This document shows, in pieces, positions 22,096-32,000 of a DNA stretch of 32,000 nucleotides. Position 1 is the stretch's first letter, and each line of letters starts with the position of its first letter. The position numbers were made by a program, and so were the translations under genes. The stretch spans positions 3,120,001 through 3,152,000 of the forward strand of contig NC_000964.3 of assembly GCF_000009045.1 (NCBI RefSeq), given 5' to 3'. Below the pieces are notes generated by a model. That model worked only from the letters and a program-made list of their open reading frames with translations, had not been told where the DNA came from and did no database searches. The stretch is from Bacillus subtilis subsp. subtilis str. 168 (GTDB lineage Bacteria; Bacillota; Bacilli; Bacillales; Bacillaceae).

Positions 22096-22964
22096 TGCAT
22101 GTTGAGTGTTCTCAGCTTTTTAGTTATGACCCCGTTTGCAGGTGAAAACAAAAAGGCGCTTGCATAACATACACCTGTCATGGCCGCCATCGCTCCTGAA
22201 ATCGAAACATTAAGCCACGTTGCGAAGAAATAGCCCATGACCGCCGACAGCCCGCCAATCAACGCGCTGAGAATCAGCATATAAAGAAGCCGGTCTGTCA
22301 GCAAATGTGCCGCAGCCGGCGGAACAATCAGCATGGCCACAACCAATACGGCACCCACCGAATCAAAGGAAGCAACAGTCGTCAAGGACAGCATGCCCAT
22401 TTGCACGTAATGAATGAGCAAAACCGGTATTCCCAAGGCTAAAGCCATTTGAGGATCAAACGAAGCGATTTTAAACTCCTTATAGCACACACTGATCAAC
22501 ACTACGTTTAAAACCAGAACAGATGCCAGCATCCAAAACGCTTTCGGCCCAATATCAACCCCGAATACCGTCACCGTATTCCACGGCACAAAAGCGATTT
22601 CTCCCATTAACGAGTGCTCAATATCGAGATGGACATTCGCTCCATACACAGAAAGCAAAATAACCCCGATTGCAAATAAGGATGTAAACACAACTCCTAT
22701 GGCAGCATCTGATTGAACCCCCTTGCTATGAAGAAGCTGAACCAAGAAAGCCGTTAACAGACCGGTTGCGGCTGCGCCAATAAACATATAAATCCCATCG
22801 AGACTTCCCGTCACTAGAAAAGCGCCGACAATGCCAAGCAACACTGTGTGACTGATTGCGTCGGCCAGCATCGCCATGCTTCTCAGCACAAGAAATGTGC
22901 CGATCAATCCGCAGCTTACACCGACTAATACACCGGTAGCTATAATCCATGCTTCAAAACTCAT
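22077..22964 (-). CDS. mntD: MntD, manganese ABC transporter permease
   Basis: 295 aa from MSFEAW; ABC-3 family permease. Confidence 0.92.
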   Translation of the reverse strand: MSFEAWIIATGVLVGVSCGLIGTFLVLRSMAMLADAISHTVLLGIVGAFLVTGSLDGIYMFIGAAATGLLTAFLVQLLHSKGVQSDAAIGVVFTSLFAIGVILLSVYGANVHLDIEHSLMGEIAFVPWNTVTVFGVDIGPKAFWMLASVLVLNVVLISVCYKEFKIASFDPQMALALGIPVLLIHYVQMGMLSLTTVASFDSVGAVLVVAMLIVPPAAAHLLTDRLLYMLILSALIGGLSAVMGYFFATWLNVSISGAMAAMTGVCYASAFLFSPANGVITKKLRTLNMQKERAG

Positions 22965-24261
22965 TTGCGATCTGTCCCTTCTCGGCATCATGAGACGCTT
23001 TTCGACGCTCAGGCATCCGTCCATACAGCTTTAAGAGTGAATAAAGCCGCTCTCTCGTTTCTCTCGGTAAACGGTCCGGGTCAAAGTAGTCCTGATCGGA
23101 TTCTATATTGGCAAGTTCCATTTCATGCATGAGATACACTTCATACATCCGCTGCTTCAAAGCTGTGTGATAGCCTTTTTCTATCCCTTTGCTTGTGATT
23201 TGCCAAATCCCATTTTCGATACGCTCAATGCACCTCTCTTGTTCCAAGTCATTTAATGCCTTAAGGCATAATGAAGGGGATAGGCGTCTTTTCTTTCTTA
23301 CACTTTCAACAGTTACACAAAGATTATTCTTTTCATACTGTTCATAAATCGCCAAAAGCACTTGCTCCCTGCTTGTTCTGCGCCGCAGCCTCATCAGCCT
23401 TATGGCTTTAGCAGCCAATCCCCGCTTAGGCGCGCAAATCATTGAAAAAAGAAAGAGCAGCGTTGCAGATAAGATCATTAATGGCCCTGTCGCCATTCCC
23501 TTCATCGTGGTGCTAAGCAGGGTTCCGGCCACTCCGCTGACCCCGCCTGTAATCCCGGCAATGATGATCATCCCGGTTAATCGTTCGGTCCAATATCTCG
23601 CGGTTATGGCAGGTGTAATCAGCATAGCCGCCATTAATATCACACCAACAGTCTGAAGCCCAATGACGACAGCACAGACAATCAGACAAGCCAAAAGCCC
23701 GTTTAAAAAACGCACCGGGATTCCTAATCCCTTTGCAAACGCGAGATCAAAAGTAATCAATGTAAATTCCTTAAAGAAAACAATACATAGGAGCAGTAGA
23801 ACAGCGGATATCCCTGCAATAAGGATGATATCCTGCCTGACCAATGAAGCAGCCTGGCCGAATAAAAAAGAATCAAGCCCGCTTTGGCTTCCCGCCCCCT
23901 GTTGCTGAATATATGTCAGCAGAATGATCCCGACGCCAAAAAACACAGAAAGAACAATCCCGATCGCCGAGTCCTCCTTTGTTTTTGAAAGCCGAGGAAT
24001 CAGCTGAATACAAAACGTTCCGAGCAGTCCGGCGAGCGCTGCCCCCAGCAAAAAGAAAGGCAGTGATTTTTGCCCGGTGAACAGAAAAGCGAGACACACT
24101 CCCGGCAGAGCTGAATGGGCCATCGCATCGCCGATTAAACTTTGCTTTCTCAGCAGCACAAAGCTGCCCAAAACACCGCTTGCCGTCCCGAGCAAAAGCG
24201 TACCGGCCAGCACCCACTGTGTATTCGGATGCTGAAGCTGCAGCCACAAACTTTCAAACAT
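22954..24261 (-). CDS. mntC: MntC, manganese ABC transporter permease with C-terminal winged-helix-like extension
   Basis: 435 aa from MFESLW; ABC-3 permease plus ~150-aa hydrophilic tail. Confidence 0.92.
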   Translation of the reverse strand: MFESLWLQLQHPNTQWVLAGTLLLGTASGVLGSFVLLRKQSLIGDAMAHSALPGVCLAFLFTGQKSLPFFLLGAALAGLLGTFCIQLIPRLSKTKEDSAIGIVLSVFFGVGIILLTYIQQQGAGSQSGLDSFLFGQAASLVRQDIILIAGISAVLLLLCIVFFKEFTLITFDLAFAKGLGIPVRFLNGLLACLIVCAVVIGLQTVGVILMAAMLITPAITARYWTERLTGMIIIAGITGGVSGVAGTLLSTTMKGMATGPLMILSATLLFLFSMICAPKRGLAAKAIRLMRLRRRTSREQVLLAIYEQYEKNNLCVTVESVRKKRRLSPSLCLKALNDLEQERCIERIENGIWQITSKGIEKGYHTALKQRMYEVYLMHEMELANIESDQDYFDPDRLPRETRERLYSLLKLYGRMPERRKASHDAEKGQIANEF

Positions 24262-24266
24262 TGCGC

Positions 24267-25019
24267 TCACTCCTTATGTCCTTCTGCCAGCACTTTATCT
24301 TTTAAAAACGTAAGCCTTCCTCCATATGTTTTTTGCAGGTTTTCGATCGTAAAAACGTTTTCCGTCGGTCCGAAAGCGATTTTCCTTAAATGAAGCAGTA
24401 AGATCCAATCGAAATAATCCTCGGCGGTCTGCAGATCATGATGGACGACAAGCACGGTTTTTCCTTTTTCTTTGAGTTCTGCCAACAGCGTCATAATCGC
24501 GCGCTCCGTCGCTGCATCAACACCTGCAAACGGTTCATCCATAAAATAAATGTCAGCGTTCTGGCAGAGTGCCCGGGCAAGAAACACCCGCTGCTGCTGT
24601 CCGCCTGACAGCTGGCTGATTTGCCTTTTCGCATAATCATGCATCCCGACTTTTGTTAATGCGGCCTTCGCCATCTCCACATCCGCTTTCTTTGGCCTCT
24701 TTAATAAACCGATTCTCCCGTATCTTCCCATTAGGACGACATCGAGCGGGCTTGTGGGGAAATCCCAGTCAACCGAGCCGCGCTGCGGAACATATCCGAT
24801 TCTGGTCCGCTGATCCTTATAGTCTTTGCCGTAAATAGAGATGTCTCCGGAAGCTCTGGGCACAAGACCGAGAATCGTTTTGATCAAGGTTGATTTTCCC
24901 GCGCCGTTTGGGCCGATAATGCCAATAAGTTTTCCTTCAGGCACCTGCAGCGAAATGTCCTGCAGTACAGGCTTTTTATGATAAGCAACCGTCACATTAT
25001 CAAGCTCAACAGGGAACAT
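24267..25019 (-). CDS. mntB: MntB, manganese ABC transporter ATPase
   Basis: 250 aa; Walker A GPNGAGKST, LSGGQQQR, Walker B IYFMDEPFAG. Confidence 0.94.
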   Translation of the reverse strand: MFPVELDNVTVAYHKKPVLQDISLQVPEGKLIGIIGPNGAGKSTLIKTILGLVPRASGDISIYGKDYKDQRTRIGYVPQRGSVDWDFPTSPLDVVLMGRYGRIGLLKRPKKADVEMAKAALTKVGMHDYAKRQISQLSGGQQQRVFLARALCQNADIYFMDEPFAGVDAATERAIMTLLAELKEKGKTVLVVHHDLQTAEDYFDWILLLHLRKIAFGPTENVFTIENLQKTYGGRLTFLKDKVLAEGHKE

Positions 25020-25037
25020 ATCCTCCACCTCTTTTCT

Positions 25038-25958
25038 TTATTTAAGCGCTTTAGTAATCGTGTTGATATTGTGGCGGAACATTCCTTCGTATGTGCCTTC
25101 TTTTGTGCCCTTTTCACCCATGGCATCCGAATAAAGCTGACCGCCGATTGTGACTGTATGGCCTTTTTCTTTAGCGCCTTCCACCACTGCATTGATTGAT
25201 TTTTCAGATACACTGCTTTCTACGAACACAGCTTTTATTTGTTTTTCTGTCAGAAGATCAACCAGCTCCTGAACATCCCTTAATCCATAGTCCGAATCTG
25301 TGCTGAGTCCCTGCAGGCCTTTTACCTTAAATCCATACTCATTCCCAAAGTACGCAAACGCATCATGAGCAGTCACAAGCACACGGCTTTTCTCCGGAAT
25401 ATGTGCGATCTCCTTACGCGACCACTTATCTAAATATTGCAAATCTTCTTTGTACTCTTTGGCATTTTTCCGAAAGGCATCTGCGTGCTGAGGCATTGCT
25501 TTGCTGAATTGCGCTTCAATTTCATCCACCGCATAGATCCATAACGGAATGCTGAACCAGACGTGGGGATCAAACGTCTTGCCTTCCCCCGCGGGAATAA
25601 GCTTATTTTTCGGAATGGCCTCAGCTACTGCCGCCGATTGTTTTTGTTCGCCGATTTTTTGGAGGACATCCTCCATTTTCCCTTCCAAATGCAACCCGCT
25701 GTACAGAACAACATCGGCAGACATTAATTTTTTCGTGTCACCTTGGGAAGCTTTGTAAAGGTGCGGATCAACCCCCGGTCCCATTAAAGAGGTGACTTTT
25801 ACGTGCTTACCTCCGATGTTTTCTGCTGCATCGGCAATTTGAGATGTTGTCGCTGTCACTTGTAATTGCTGATCAGCGCTTTTTCCGGCTGAATCCGTTC
25901 CGCATCCCGTTAAAGCAAAGGTCGCAAAAAGTACTGCTGCCATCAGCCCTTGTCTCAT
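25038..25958 (-). CDS. mntA: MntA, manganese-binding lipoprotein
   Basis: 306 aa from MRQGLMAAVLFATFALTGCG (lipobox); ZnuA/TroA-like cluster-A1 family. Confidence 0.94.
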   Translation of the reverse strand: MRQGLMAAVLFATFALTGCGTDSAGKSADQQLQVTATTSQIADAAENIGGKHVKVTSLMGPGVDPHLYKASQGDTKKLMSADVVLYSGLHLEGKMEDVLQKIGEQKQSAAVAEAIPKNKLIPAGEGKTFDPHVWFSIPLWIYAVDEIEAQFSKAMPQHADAFRKNAKEYKEDLQYLDKWSRKEIAHIPEKSRVLVTAHDAFAYFGNEYGFKVKGLQGLSTDSDYGLRDVQELVDLLTEKQIKAVFVESSVSEKSINAVVEGAKEKGHTVTIGGQLYSDAMGEKGTKEGTYEGMFRHNINTITKALK

Positions 25959-26070
25959 ATTTCTCCTCCTCTTTGCCATCAATGTCCGATTGTTTTATCT
26001 TATGTTGTCAGTTCTTAGACATGTGACATTAAATTAGCCAAAAGCATGTTTTATTTACACAGGACAAAAA

Positions 26071-26087
26071 GTTTCCCTCATGCAAAA
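26071..26087 (-). promoter_or_regulatory. MntR box upstream of mntA
   Basis: Minus strand TTTTGCATGAGGGAAAC resembles the MntR site TTTGCCTTAAGGAAA; ~110 nt upstream of mntA. Confidence 0.7.
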
Positions 26088-26124
26088 TTATCGCGTTTGG
26101 CCATTTTTGTCAAGCTGATTTACA

Positions 26125-26153
26125 TAAAAAAACCGGCTGGGTCAGCAGCCGGT
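26125..26153 (-). terminator. Terminator at the end of the men operon
   Basis: accggctg-ggtcag-cagccggt, minus strand followed by TTTTTTTATG. Confidence 0.75.
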
Positions 26154-26237
26154 CCAAACGAGAAGGGATGTATTCAACGAACACTTTTACTGTAACAGCA
26201 CAGTGTCATTTATTCAAAATAGCAAAATGCTTTTTTC

Positions 26238-27353
26238 TTAACCATGCTGTGTGAAAACATCCATTTTGGTCACATATTTTCGCATAATATCTTGGTTTAC
26301 CTCAACCCCTAAACCAGGCTGTTTTGACACAGAAATAAATCCATTATCAATACGAATATCAGGAGTTACAATATCTTCATCCCAATAGCGTGAGGATGAA
26401 GATATATCGCCAGGTATTGTGAATTGAGGCAGTGAAGCAAGCGCCACGTTCTGCGCTCTTGATATGCCTGTTTCCAGCATTCCTCCGCACCAAACCTGCA
26501 TATGATGCTCTTTGCATAAATCATGAATTTTTAAGGCTTCTGTTAAGCCGCCGACACGAGAAGGTTTTATATTAATAATTTTGCAGCTTCCTAGCTCAAT
26601 CGCCCGTCTCGCATCATCAACTGAACAAATGCTCTCATCAAGGCAAATGGCCGTTTTCAAATGTTTCTGCAAGTGGCGGTGGTCAACGATATCGTCAGCT
26701 TGGAGCGGCTGCTCAATCATCATTAAATGATAGTCATCAAGCTCCTTTAAACGGCTGATATCCTTCAGTTCGTAAGAGGAATTGGCATCGGCCATAAGCG
26801 GGATGGTTGGGAATCGGCTGCGGATGGCCTTGACCAATTCCACATCCTGCCCAGGCTGAATTTTAATTTTTATTCTTTGATAACCTTCTTTTTGATAGCT
26901 CTCAATTTCCTTCAGCATATCGTCAAGAGGCGCCAGGCCGACTACCACCCCGGCAGGGACTTTATCTCTTGTTCCGCCCAATGCCTCAGCAAGGGATACG
27001 CCCTTCTTTTTGGCATAAATATCCCATACAGCCGATTCAAGTCCCGCTTTTGCCATCCGGTTTCCTTTATACCGCGCCAGGCTGTCCGGCACTTCTGAAG
27101 GGTGATTGAATTCACGGCCGACGACATTTGGGATAAAAAAATCTTTTAGCATATGCAAACATGTTCCAATGGTTTCCTCGGTGTACCAAGGCGAAGAGAA
27201 AGCGGAAACTTCTCCCCAGCCTGTGACACCTGATGTATCAATGGCTTCCACGATCAGAAATTTACGCTCTTGAAGCGTTTCGATACTGTTTTTAAACGGT
27301 TTCTTTAAGTTCATGCTCAAATGGTAAAGCGTGATTTTTTCTATTTCGATCAT
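26238..27353 (-). CDS. menC: MenC, o-succinylbenzoate synthase
   Basis: 371 aa; enolase superfamily with KIKI...PGQD, DANSSY, DESI motifs. Confidence 0.92.
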   Translation of the reverse strand: MIEIEKITLYHLSMNLKKPFKNSIETLQERKFLIVEAIDTSGVTGWGEVSAFSSPWYTEETIGTCLHMLKDFFIPNVVGREFNHPSEVPDSLARYKGNRMAKAGLESAVWDIYAKKKGVSLAEALGGTRDKVPAGVVVGLAPLDDMLKEIESYQKEGYQRIKIKIQPGQDVELVKAIRSRFPTIPLMADANSSYELKDISRLKELDDYHLMMIEQPLQADDIVDHRHLQKHLKTAICLDESICSVDDARRAIELGSCKIINIKPSRVGGLTEALKIHDLCKEHHMQVWCGGMLETGISRAQNVALASLPQFTIPGDISSSSRYWDEDIVTPDIRIDNGFISVSKQPGLGVEVNQDIMRKYVTKMDVFTQHG

Positions 27354-28810
27354 AGCAGTTCTCCTTTACGCGCATCCTTCAGCTGATTTCGCAAGAGCTT
27401 ATTAGACGCATTGCGCGGCAGGCGGTCAAGCACAAAGAATTTTGCCGGAATTTTATACTTCGCCAAGCGTTCTTTGCAGTAGTCAGTCAATTCTCCTGCG
27501 CTCACAGGCTTGTGAAGGACAAGATAGGCGTGAGGCACTTTCCCCCATTTTTTGTCCTCAGCCCCTGAAACCCCGGCTTCGGCCACAGCGGGGTGTGAAA
27601 GCAGCACTGACTCCACTTCGGCCGGATAAATGTTTTCTCCGCCGGATATGATCAGATCTGAACGTCTGTCTAATACATATAAAAAGCCTTCATTGTCCAA
27701 ATAACCAAGATCACCTGTTTTCAGCCAGCCATTTTGAAAGGAGGCTTCGTTTGCGCTCTCCCGGTTAAAATAGCTTTTCATGACATTCGGGCCTTTGACC
27801 ATGATTTCACCGTGTTCATACGGTTCACATACCTGTCCGTCCCGCTCTATTTTGATTTCACACGAAAACAGCGGTTTCCCCGCAGATCCGAGCTTTTCCA
27901 TGCTGAATTCCGGCGACAGGGTAACAATTTGCGAGCATGTTTCTGTCATTCCATATGACTGAAAGACAGGGAATCCTTTCTCACGGCATTCCTCAAGCAA
28001 TGGCAGCGGTGCAGGACCGCCGCCGAGAAGAATGCATCTGATGGATTCAGGGCAGCGGTTTGTTTCTTCCAAAAGACTGGCCAGCATAGTCTGCACCGCA
28101 GATATCATTGTCACTTCATGCCTGTTGATAGAATGCAGCACATCGCTTACGGAAAAACGCTGGTGAAGCACGACAGTCATTCCATAGATCACAGATTTAA
28201 ATAATGCGGACAATCCGCTGATATGAAAGAGCGGCAATGCGATAAGCCAGCGGTCTTGTTCTGTTATACCCAAATTAAGAGCGGACGACACCGCACTGAA
28301 ATAATGGTTTCCGAACGTTTGCTGAACTCCCTTGGGCTTTCCTGTCGTACCCGACGTATACATCAGCGTTGCCGTTGCATCCATTTGCATATAAGCCTCG
28401 ATCTCAATTTCCTCTGCTGCTTCTTTCATCAGTTCATCCACATCAATCGTTTGAACGATGTGTTCATATTCTTTCTTCTCAAAGCTTGAATCTGTCAATA
28501 AAAAGCCGGATCCCGAATCCTCCAGCTGAAACAGCCTTTCATGTGTTGACAGCTTCGTATTCAAAAGCACCGCCTTAACACCAAGCAAAAAACAAGCGTG
28601 AACAGCGTATACCATTTCTGCACGGTTTTGGAGCAAAATAGCTGCAGTATCCCCTTTCCGAACCGAATGAGCGGCAAGCTGTTCCGCCATTCGTTTAGAC
28701 GCGGCAAACAATTCTGCAAATGTCACGGTTTGGTCTTCATAGATGAGAGCGATTCTCTCAGGTGTCAGCTGTGCCCGCTGCATGAGCCAGTTGGGCTGTT
28801 CTGTCAGCAT
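27350..28810 (-). CDS. menE: MenE, o-succinylbenzoate-CoA ligase
   Basis: 486 aa; AMP-binding TLMYTSGTTGKPKGV; 4-nt overlap with menC. Confidence 0.94.
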   Translation of the reverse strand: MLTEQPNWLMQRAQLTPERIALIYEDQTVTFAELFAASKRMAEQLAAHSVRKGDTAAILLQNRAEMVYAVHACFLLGVKAVLLNTKLSTHERLFQLEDSGSGFLLTDSSFEKKEYEHIVQTIDVDELMKEAAEEIEIEAYMQMDATATLMYTSGTTGKPKGVQQTFGNHYFSAVSSALNLGITEQDRWLIALPLFHISGLSALFKSVIYGMTVVLHQRFSVSDVLHSINRHEVTMISAVQTMLASLLEETNRCPESIRCILLGGGPAPLPLLEECREKGFPVFQSYGMTETCSQIVTLSPEFSMEKLGSAGKPLFSCEIKIERDGQVCEPYEHGEIMVKGPNVMKSYFNRESANEASFQNGWLKTGDLGYLDNEGFLYVLDRRSDLIISGGENIYPAEVESVLLSHPAVAEAGVSGAEDKKWGKVPHAYLVLHKPVSAGELTDYCKERLAKYKIPAKFFVLDRLPRNASNKLLRNQLKDARKGELL

Positions 28811-28849
28811 GTCATCATCTCCGAGGTAAAATGTCTGTATTGAAAAGAA

Positions 28850-28880
28850 AACAGCTTGGACCGCAAAGTCTCAAGCTGTT
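28850..28880 (-). terminator. Possible internal terminator/attenuator between menB and menE
   Basis: Minus strand AACAGCTTG-N13-CAAGCTGTT followed by TTCTTTTC. Confidence 0.6.
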
Positions 28881-28900
28881 GGTTTACTAGATATTGCTGA

Positions 28901-29716
28901 TCACGGAAAACGAGGGAACTGTCCGAAATCAGGTTTGCGTTTTTCCTTAAAGGAATCACGGCCTTCTTTTGCTTCATCTGTTGTGTAGTAAAGAAGGGTA
29001 GCATCCCCTGCAAACTGCTGAATTCCAGCAAGTCCGTCTGTGTCCGCGTTAAACGCAGCTTTAAGAAAGCGCAGTGCGGTCGGGCTTTTTTCAAGCATTT
29101 CTTCACACCATTTAATCGTTTCTTCTTCAAGCTGTTCCAAAGGAACGACTGTGTTGACAAGACCCATGTCCAGTGCTTCCTGTGCGTTGTACTGACGGCA
29201 TAGGTACCAGATTTCACGTGCTTTTTTATGTCCTACAATTCGAGCCAGGTAGCCAGAACCGTAACCTGCATCGAAGCTTCCCACTTTAGGGCCTGTTTGT
29301 CCAAAAATTGCGTTGTCCGCAGCAATTGTCAAGTCACATACGATGTGAAGCACATGGCCTCCGCCGATCGCATATCCGGACACCATCGCAACAACCGGTT
29401 TCGGGATGACGCGGATTAAACGCTGAAGATCCAATACGTTAAGACGAGGGATCTGGTCGTCTCCTACATATCCACCGTGGCCGCGCACTTTTTGGTCTCC
29501 GCCAGAACAAAATGCTTTGTCCCCTGCACCGGCAAGCACGATAACCCCAACGTTTTGGTCGTCTCTTGCGTCAGCAAACGCATCAATCATTTCAGCAACC
29601 GTTTTAGGGGTAAACGCATTATGTACCTCAGGTCGGTTGATTGTTATTTTTGCAATGCCATTATACGTTTCATACAATATCTCATCGTATGTCCGTTTTG
29701 TTTTCCATTCAGCCAT
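28901..29716 (-). CDS. menB: MenB, 1,4-dihydroxy-2-naphthoyl-CoA synthase
   Basis: 271 aa; crotonase fold, [11 protein letters not shown]. Confidence 0.95.
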   Translation of the reverse strand: MAEWKTKRTYDEILYETYNGIAKITINRPEVHNAFTPKTVAEMIDAFADARDDQNVGVIVLAGAGDKAFCSGGDQKVRGHGGYVGDDQIPRLNVLDLQRLIRVIPKPVVAMVSGYAIGGGHVLHIVCDLTIAADNAIFGQTGPKVGSFDAGYGSGYLARIVGHKKAREIWYLCRQYNAQEALDMGLVNTVVPLEQLEEETIKWCEEMLEKSPTALRFLKAAFNADTDGLAGIQQFAGDATLLYYTTDEAKEGRDSFKEKRKPDFGQFPRFP

Positions 29717-29750
29717 ATGATGACCTCCTTTTATTCTCTATGTGAATGAG

Positions 29751-30575
29751 TCAGATGCTTGTCAAAAACTCACTCACTATTTTACCAAACAATCGCGGCT
29801 GCTCCACATGGACCGTATGTCCTGCTTTTGGAACAATCTCTATTCTACTAGAAGGAAGCATCTTATGCACCTCTTGATTGATGGCGCAAAATTTTTCGTC
29901 CCACTCCCCGCAGATCAGAAGCACAGGAACATCTATTTCCTCTACACGGCTCCACAAGGAAGGCTGTGAACCGGTGCCCATGCCGGTTAAACTGTTCGCA
30001 AGCCCAATCTTATTGTTCCGCAGACGGCCCGATCGTATCCTGTACCGAATATCTTCAGCCAGCCTCTGCTGAGATGAAAACAAAGGGATATTCTCCCAAT
30101 ACGCAACAAACGCTTCGAGCCCGTCTCGTAAAATAAAATCAGCAAGCTTCCGGTCCCGCATGATTCGTTCCCGCCGTTCCCCAAGTGTTTTGAGCCCCGG
30201 CGTCGTGCTTTCAAGCACAAGTGCCGATACCCGCTCGGGATATGTCATCGCAAAAGAGTAAGCAAGCCTTCCTCCCATAGAATACCCAATCAATTTCACT
30301 TTGTGAAGTTTTAATTGATCAAAAATCTCGGCAAGGTCAGAAACTTGCCGGGTTGTGCTGTATCTTTTCCCATTCAGCGGGGCATCGGTTTCCCCATGCC
30401 CTAAACAATCAATTTTGATCAAACGGGAATCAGGCAGCATTTCATCAAGAAAAGTCCATGATTGTTTGCTGCCGGTAAACCCATGCAGACAGACGACGGC
30501 TTCGGAAGCATTCGGTCCCTCGTCTGCCACTGCATATCGGACACCATCTGATACCGTTATGTTTACAGTTCCCAT
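29751..30575 (-). CDS. menH: MenH (YtxM), SHCHC synthase
   Basis: 274 aa alpha/beta hydrolase; LHGFTGS, GYSMGG. Confidence 0.92.
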
Positions 30576-32000
30576 TGTTTTTTCACTTCCCGCACAGCCT
30601 CATTCAGCATATCGCGATGAAGCTGGACTCTTGATTGGCGATCCGTTTTGATTTCAATCAAATGGAGTCCGGGCTTGTCTGCCTGCGGCGCGTAAGCTGT
30701 TTTGAATTCATCCCAAGAAGCCGGGCATGAATACGTTCCGCCGTAAAGTGCAGCCGCATGCTTGAAATCGAGCCCTGTCGGTGTGCCGAACAAATCTTCA
30801 AAGTGTGTCTTCTCAGAAGCCTGCGGCAAAAAGGAGAAAATCCCTCCTCCGTCATTATTGACAAGAATCACAGTAAGAGGAATACCCAGCTTTTTGGCCG
30901 CCAGCAGGCCGTTTAAATCATGATAAAAAGATAAATCTCCAATCACAAGGGTAACAGGCGCTTTTGTTCCTTCACATACCCCCATGGCAGAGGAGACGAC
31001 ACCGTCTATCCCGTTTGCTCCCCGGTTTGAATAAATCCGGAAAGGGCGGTCCTGCTTTTCAAAAAACGTATCAACATCCCTGATCGGCATGCTGTTTCCC
31101 ACAAACAGCGAGCTGTTTTCAGGCACAAGATGCTGAAGGATTCGATAGAGATTGCCTTCAAACGAAACATCTTCACTGCTGATTGTTTGCAGATGCTCGC
31201 GGAACCGCCCATTGACAAACTGCCACTTTTCCAGCCACTCTGAGGATCTGGTGGCAGCAGTAAGGCCTGCCATGATCTCCTCAGCAAAAACAGACGCATT
31301 ACAATGAATCATATGCGCGCTTGCCTGTGTCGGGTCTCTCCACCCTCCATCCTCGTCAATCACGATTTGCTGAATCGTCGGATCATCCTTAAGCCATAAG
31401 AAAACCGGTTTTGAAACAGGCATCGGTCCAAACCGAATGACAACATCAGGACGGAGTTTCCGCTTCAGCTCATCATCTTTTAAAAACGAATCATACGCAT
31501 CAATAACAGTGCTTTTATCATGAACACCATTCCGCAGATTAGACAGCGGATCTGCTAAAATTGGATACTGAAGCGCTTTTGACAGCGCAATAATGTTTTC
31601 CTTGTCCGCATCACTATGGAGCTCTCCGCAGACGATCATTCCTTTTTCAGCCTCTGCGAGCATCTCAGCCACATCAGACAGGGACTCTCGGTCAACAGAC
31701 TGCGTACCCGTTTTCACAGACACATGACGGCCTGTTCTCATTCTTCCAAACGGCTCATCTGAAAGATCCGGCATCAGCGGTTCGCGCAGCGGCACATTCA
31801 CATGGACAGGCCCCATCGGGCGCTTTTGTGCTTCTCCGGCAGCGCGGCTTGCCAGCGTTCGGATGTATCTCAGCATTTGCGGAGACTCTTCAGGAAGAGC
31901 AGAGTCTGTGAAAAACTTAACAAAGTTACCGAATAAGAAGTGCTGATTAATAGCCTGCGGTGCGCCTACTTCGCGCAGCTCATGAGGCCGATCAGCAGTT
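30563..32000 (-). CDS. menD: MenD, SEPHCHC synthase (partial, N-terminus beyond window)
   Basis: Frame stays open to the window edge ([41 protein letters not shown] upstream of the internal Met called as start); ThDP-dependent MenD family. Confidence 0.94.

Noticed and set aside
30563-31876. menD called as a complete 437-aa ORF
   Set aside because: The frame stays open with MenD-like sequence to base 32000, so the called Met is internal.

Overview
The window looks like ordinary vegetative chromosome from Bacillus subtilis or a very close relative. It matches the ytqA-ytqB / ytpB-ytpA / ytoA / ytnA / asnB / metK / pckA / ytmB-ytmA / ytlA-C-D / ytkD(mutTA)-ytkC / dps / ytkA / luxS / ytjA / ytiB / rpmE2 / ythA-ythB / mntABCD / menD-H-B-E-C region. 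I see no prophage, transposon, CRISPR array, rRNA/tRNA gene, restriction or defence island, or biosynthetic cluster. No clearly new multi-gene system is visible. Two small genes are missing from the supplied ORF track: a 46-aa single-pass membrane protein at 16804-16944 and a 52-aa DUF1540-like Cys-rich protein at 21900-22058. menD is truncated by the right edge. Cis elements I can support from sequence are an S-box (SAM) riboswitch upstream of metK, a Zur-box-like palindrome upstream of rpmE2, an MntR-box-like site upstream of mntA, a CcpN-operator match overlapping the pckA -10 element, a sigma-B promoter match upstream of dps, and several bidirectional terminators at convergent gene ends. 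The best leads are (1) MntC, an ABC-3 permease with a ~150-aa cytoplasmic tail that looks like a winged-helix/DtxR-MntR-type domain; (2) the translationally coupled radical-SAM YtqA and tRNA-modification enzyme YtqB; (3) the His-tailed 46-aa membrane protein overlapping ytkA tail to tail; (4) convergent genes whose stop codons lie inside shared terminator hairpins; (5) the ytlA-C-D transporter of unknown substrate. Family and gene names come from remembered homology, not from a database search.
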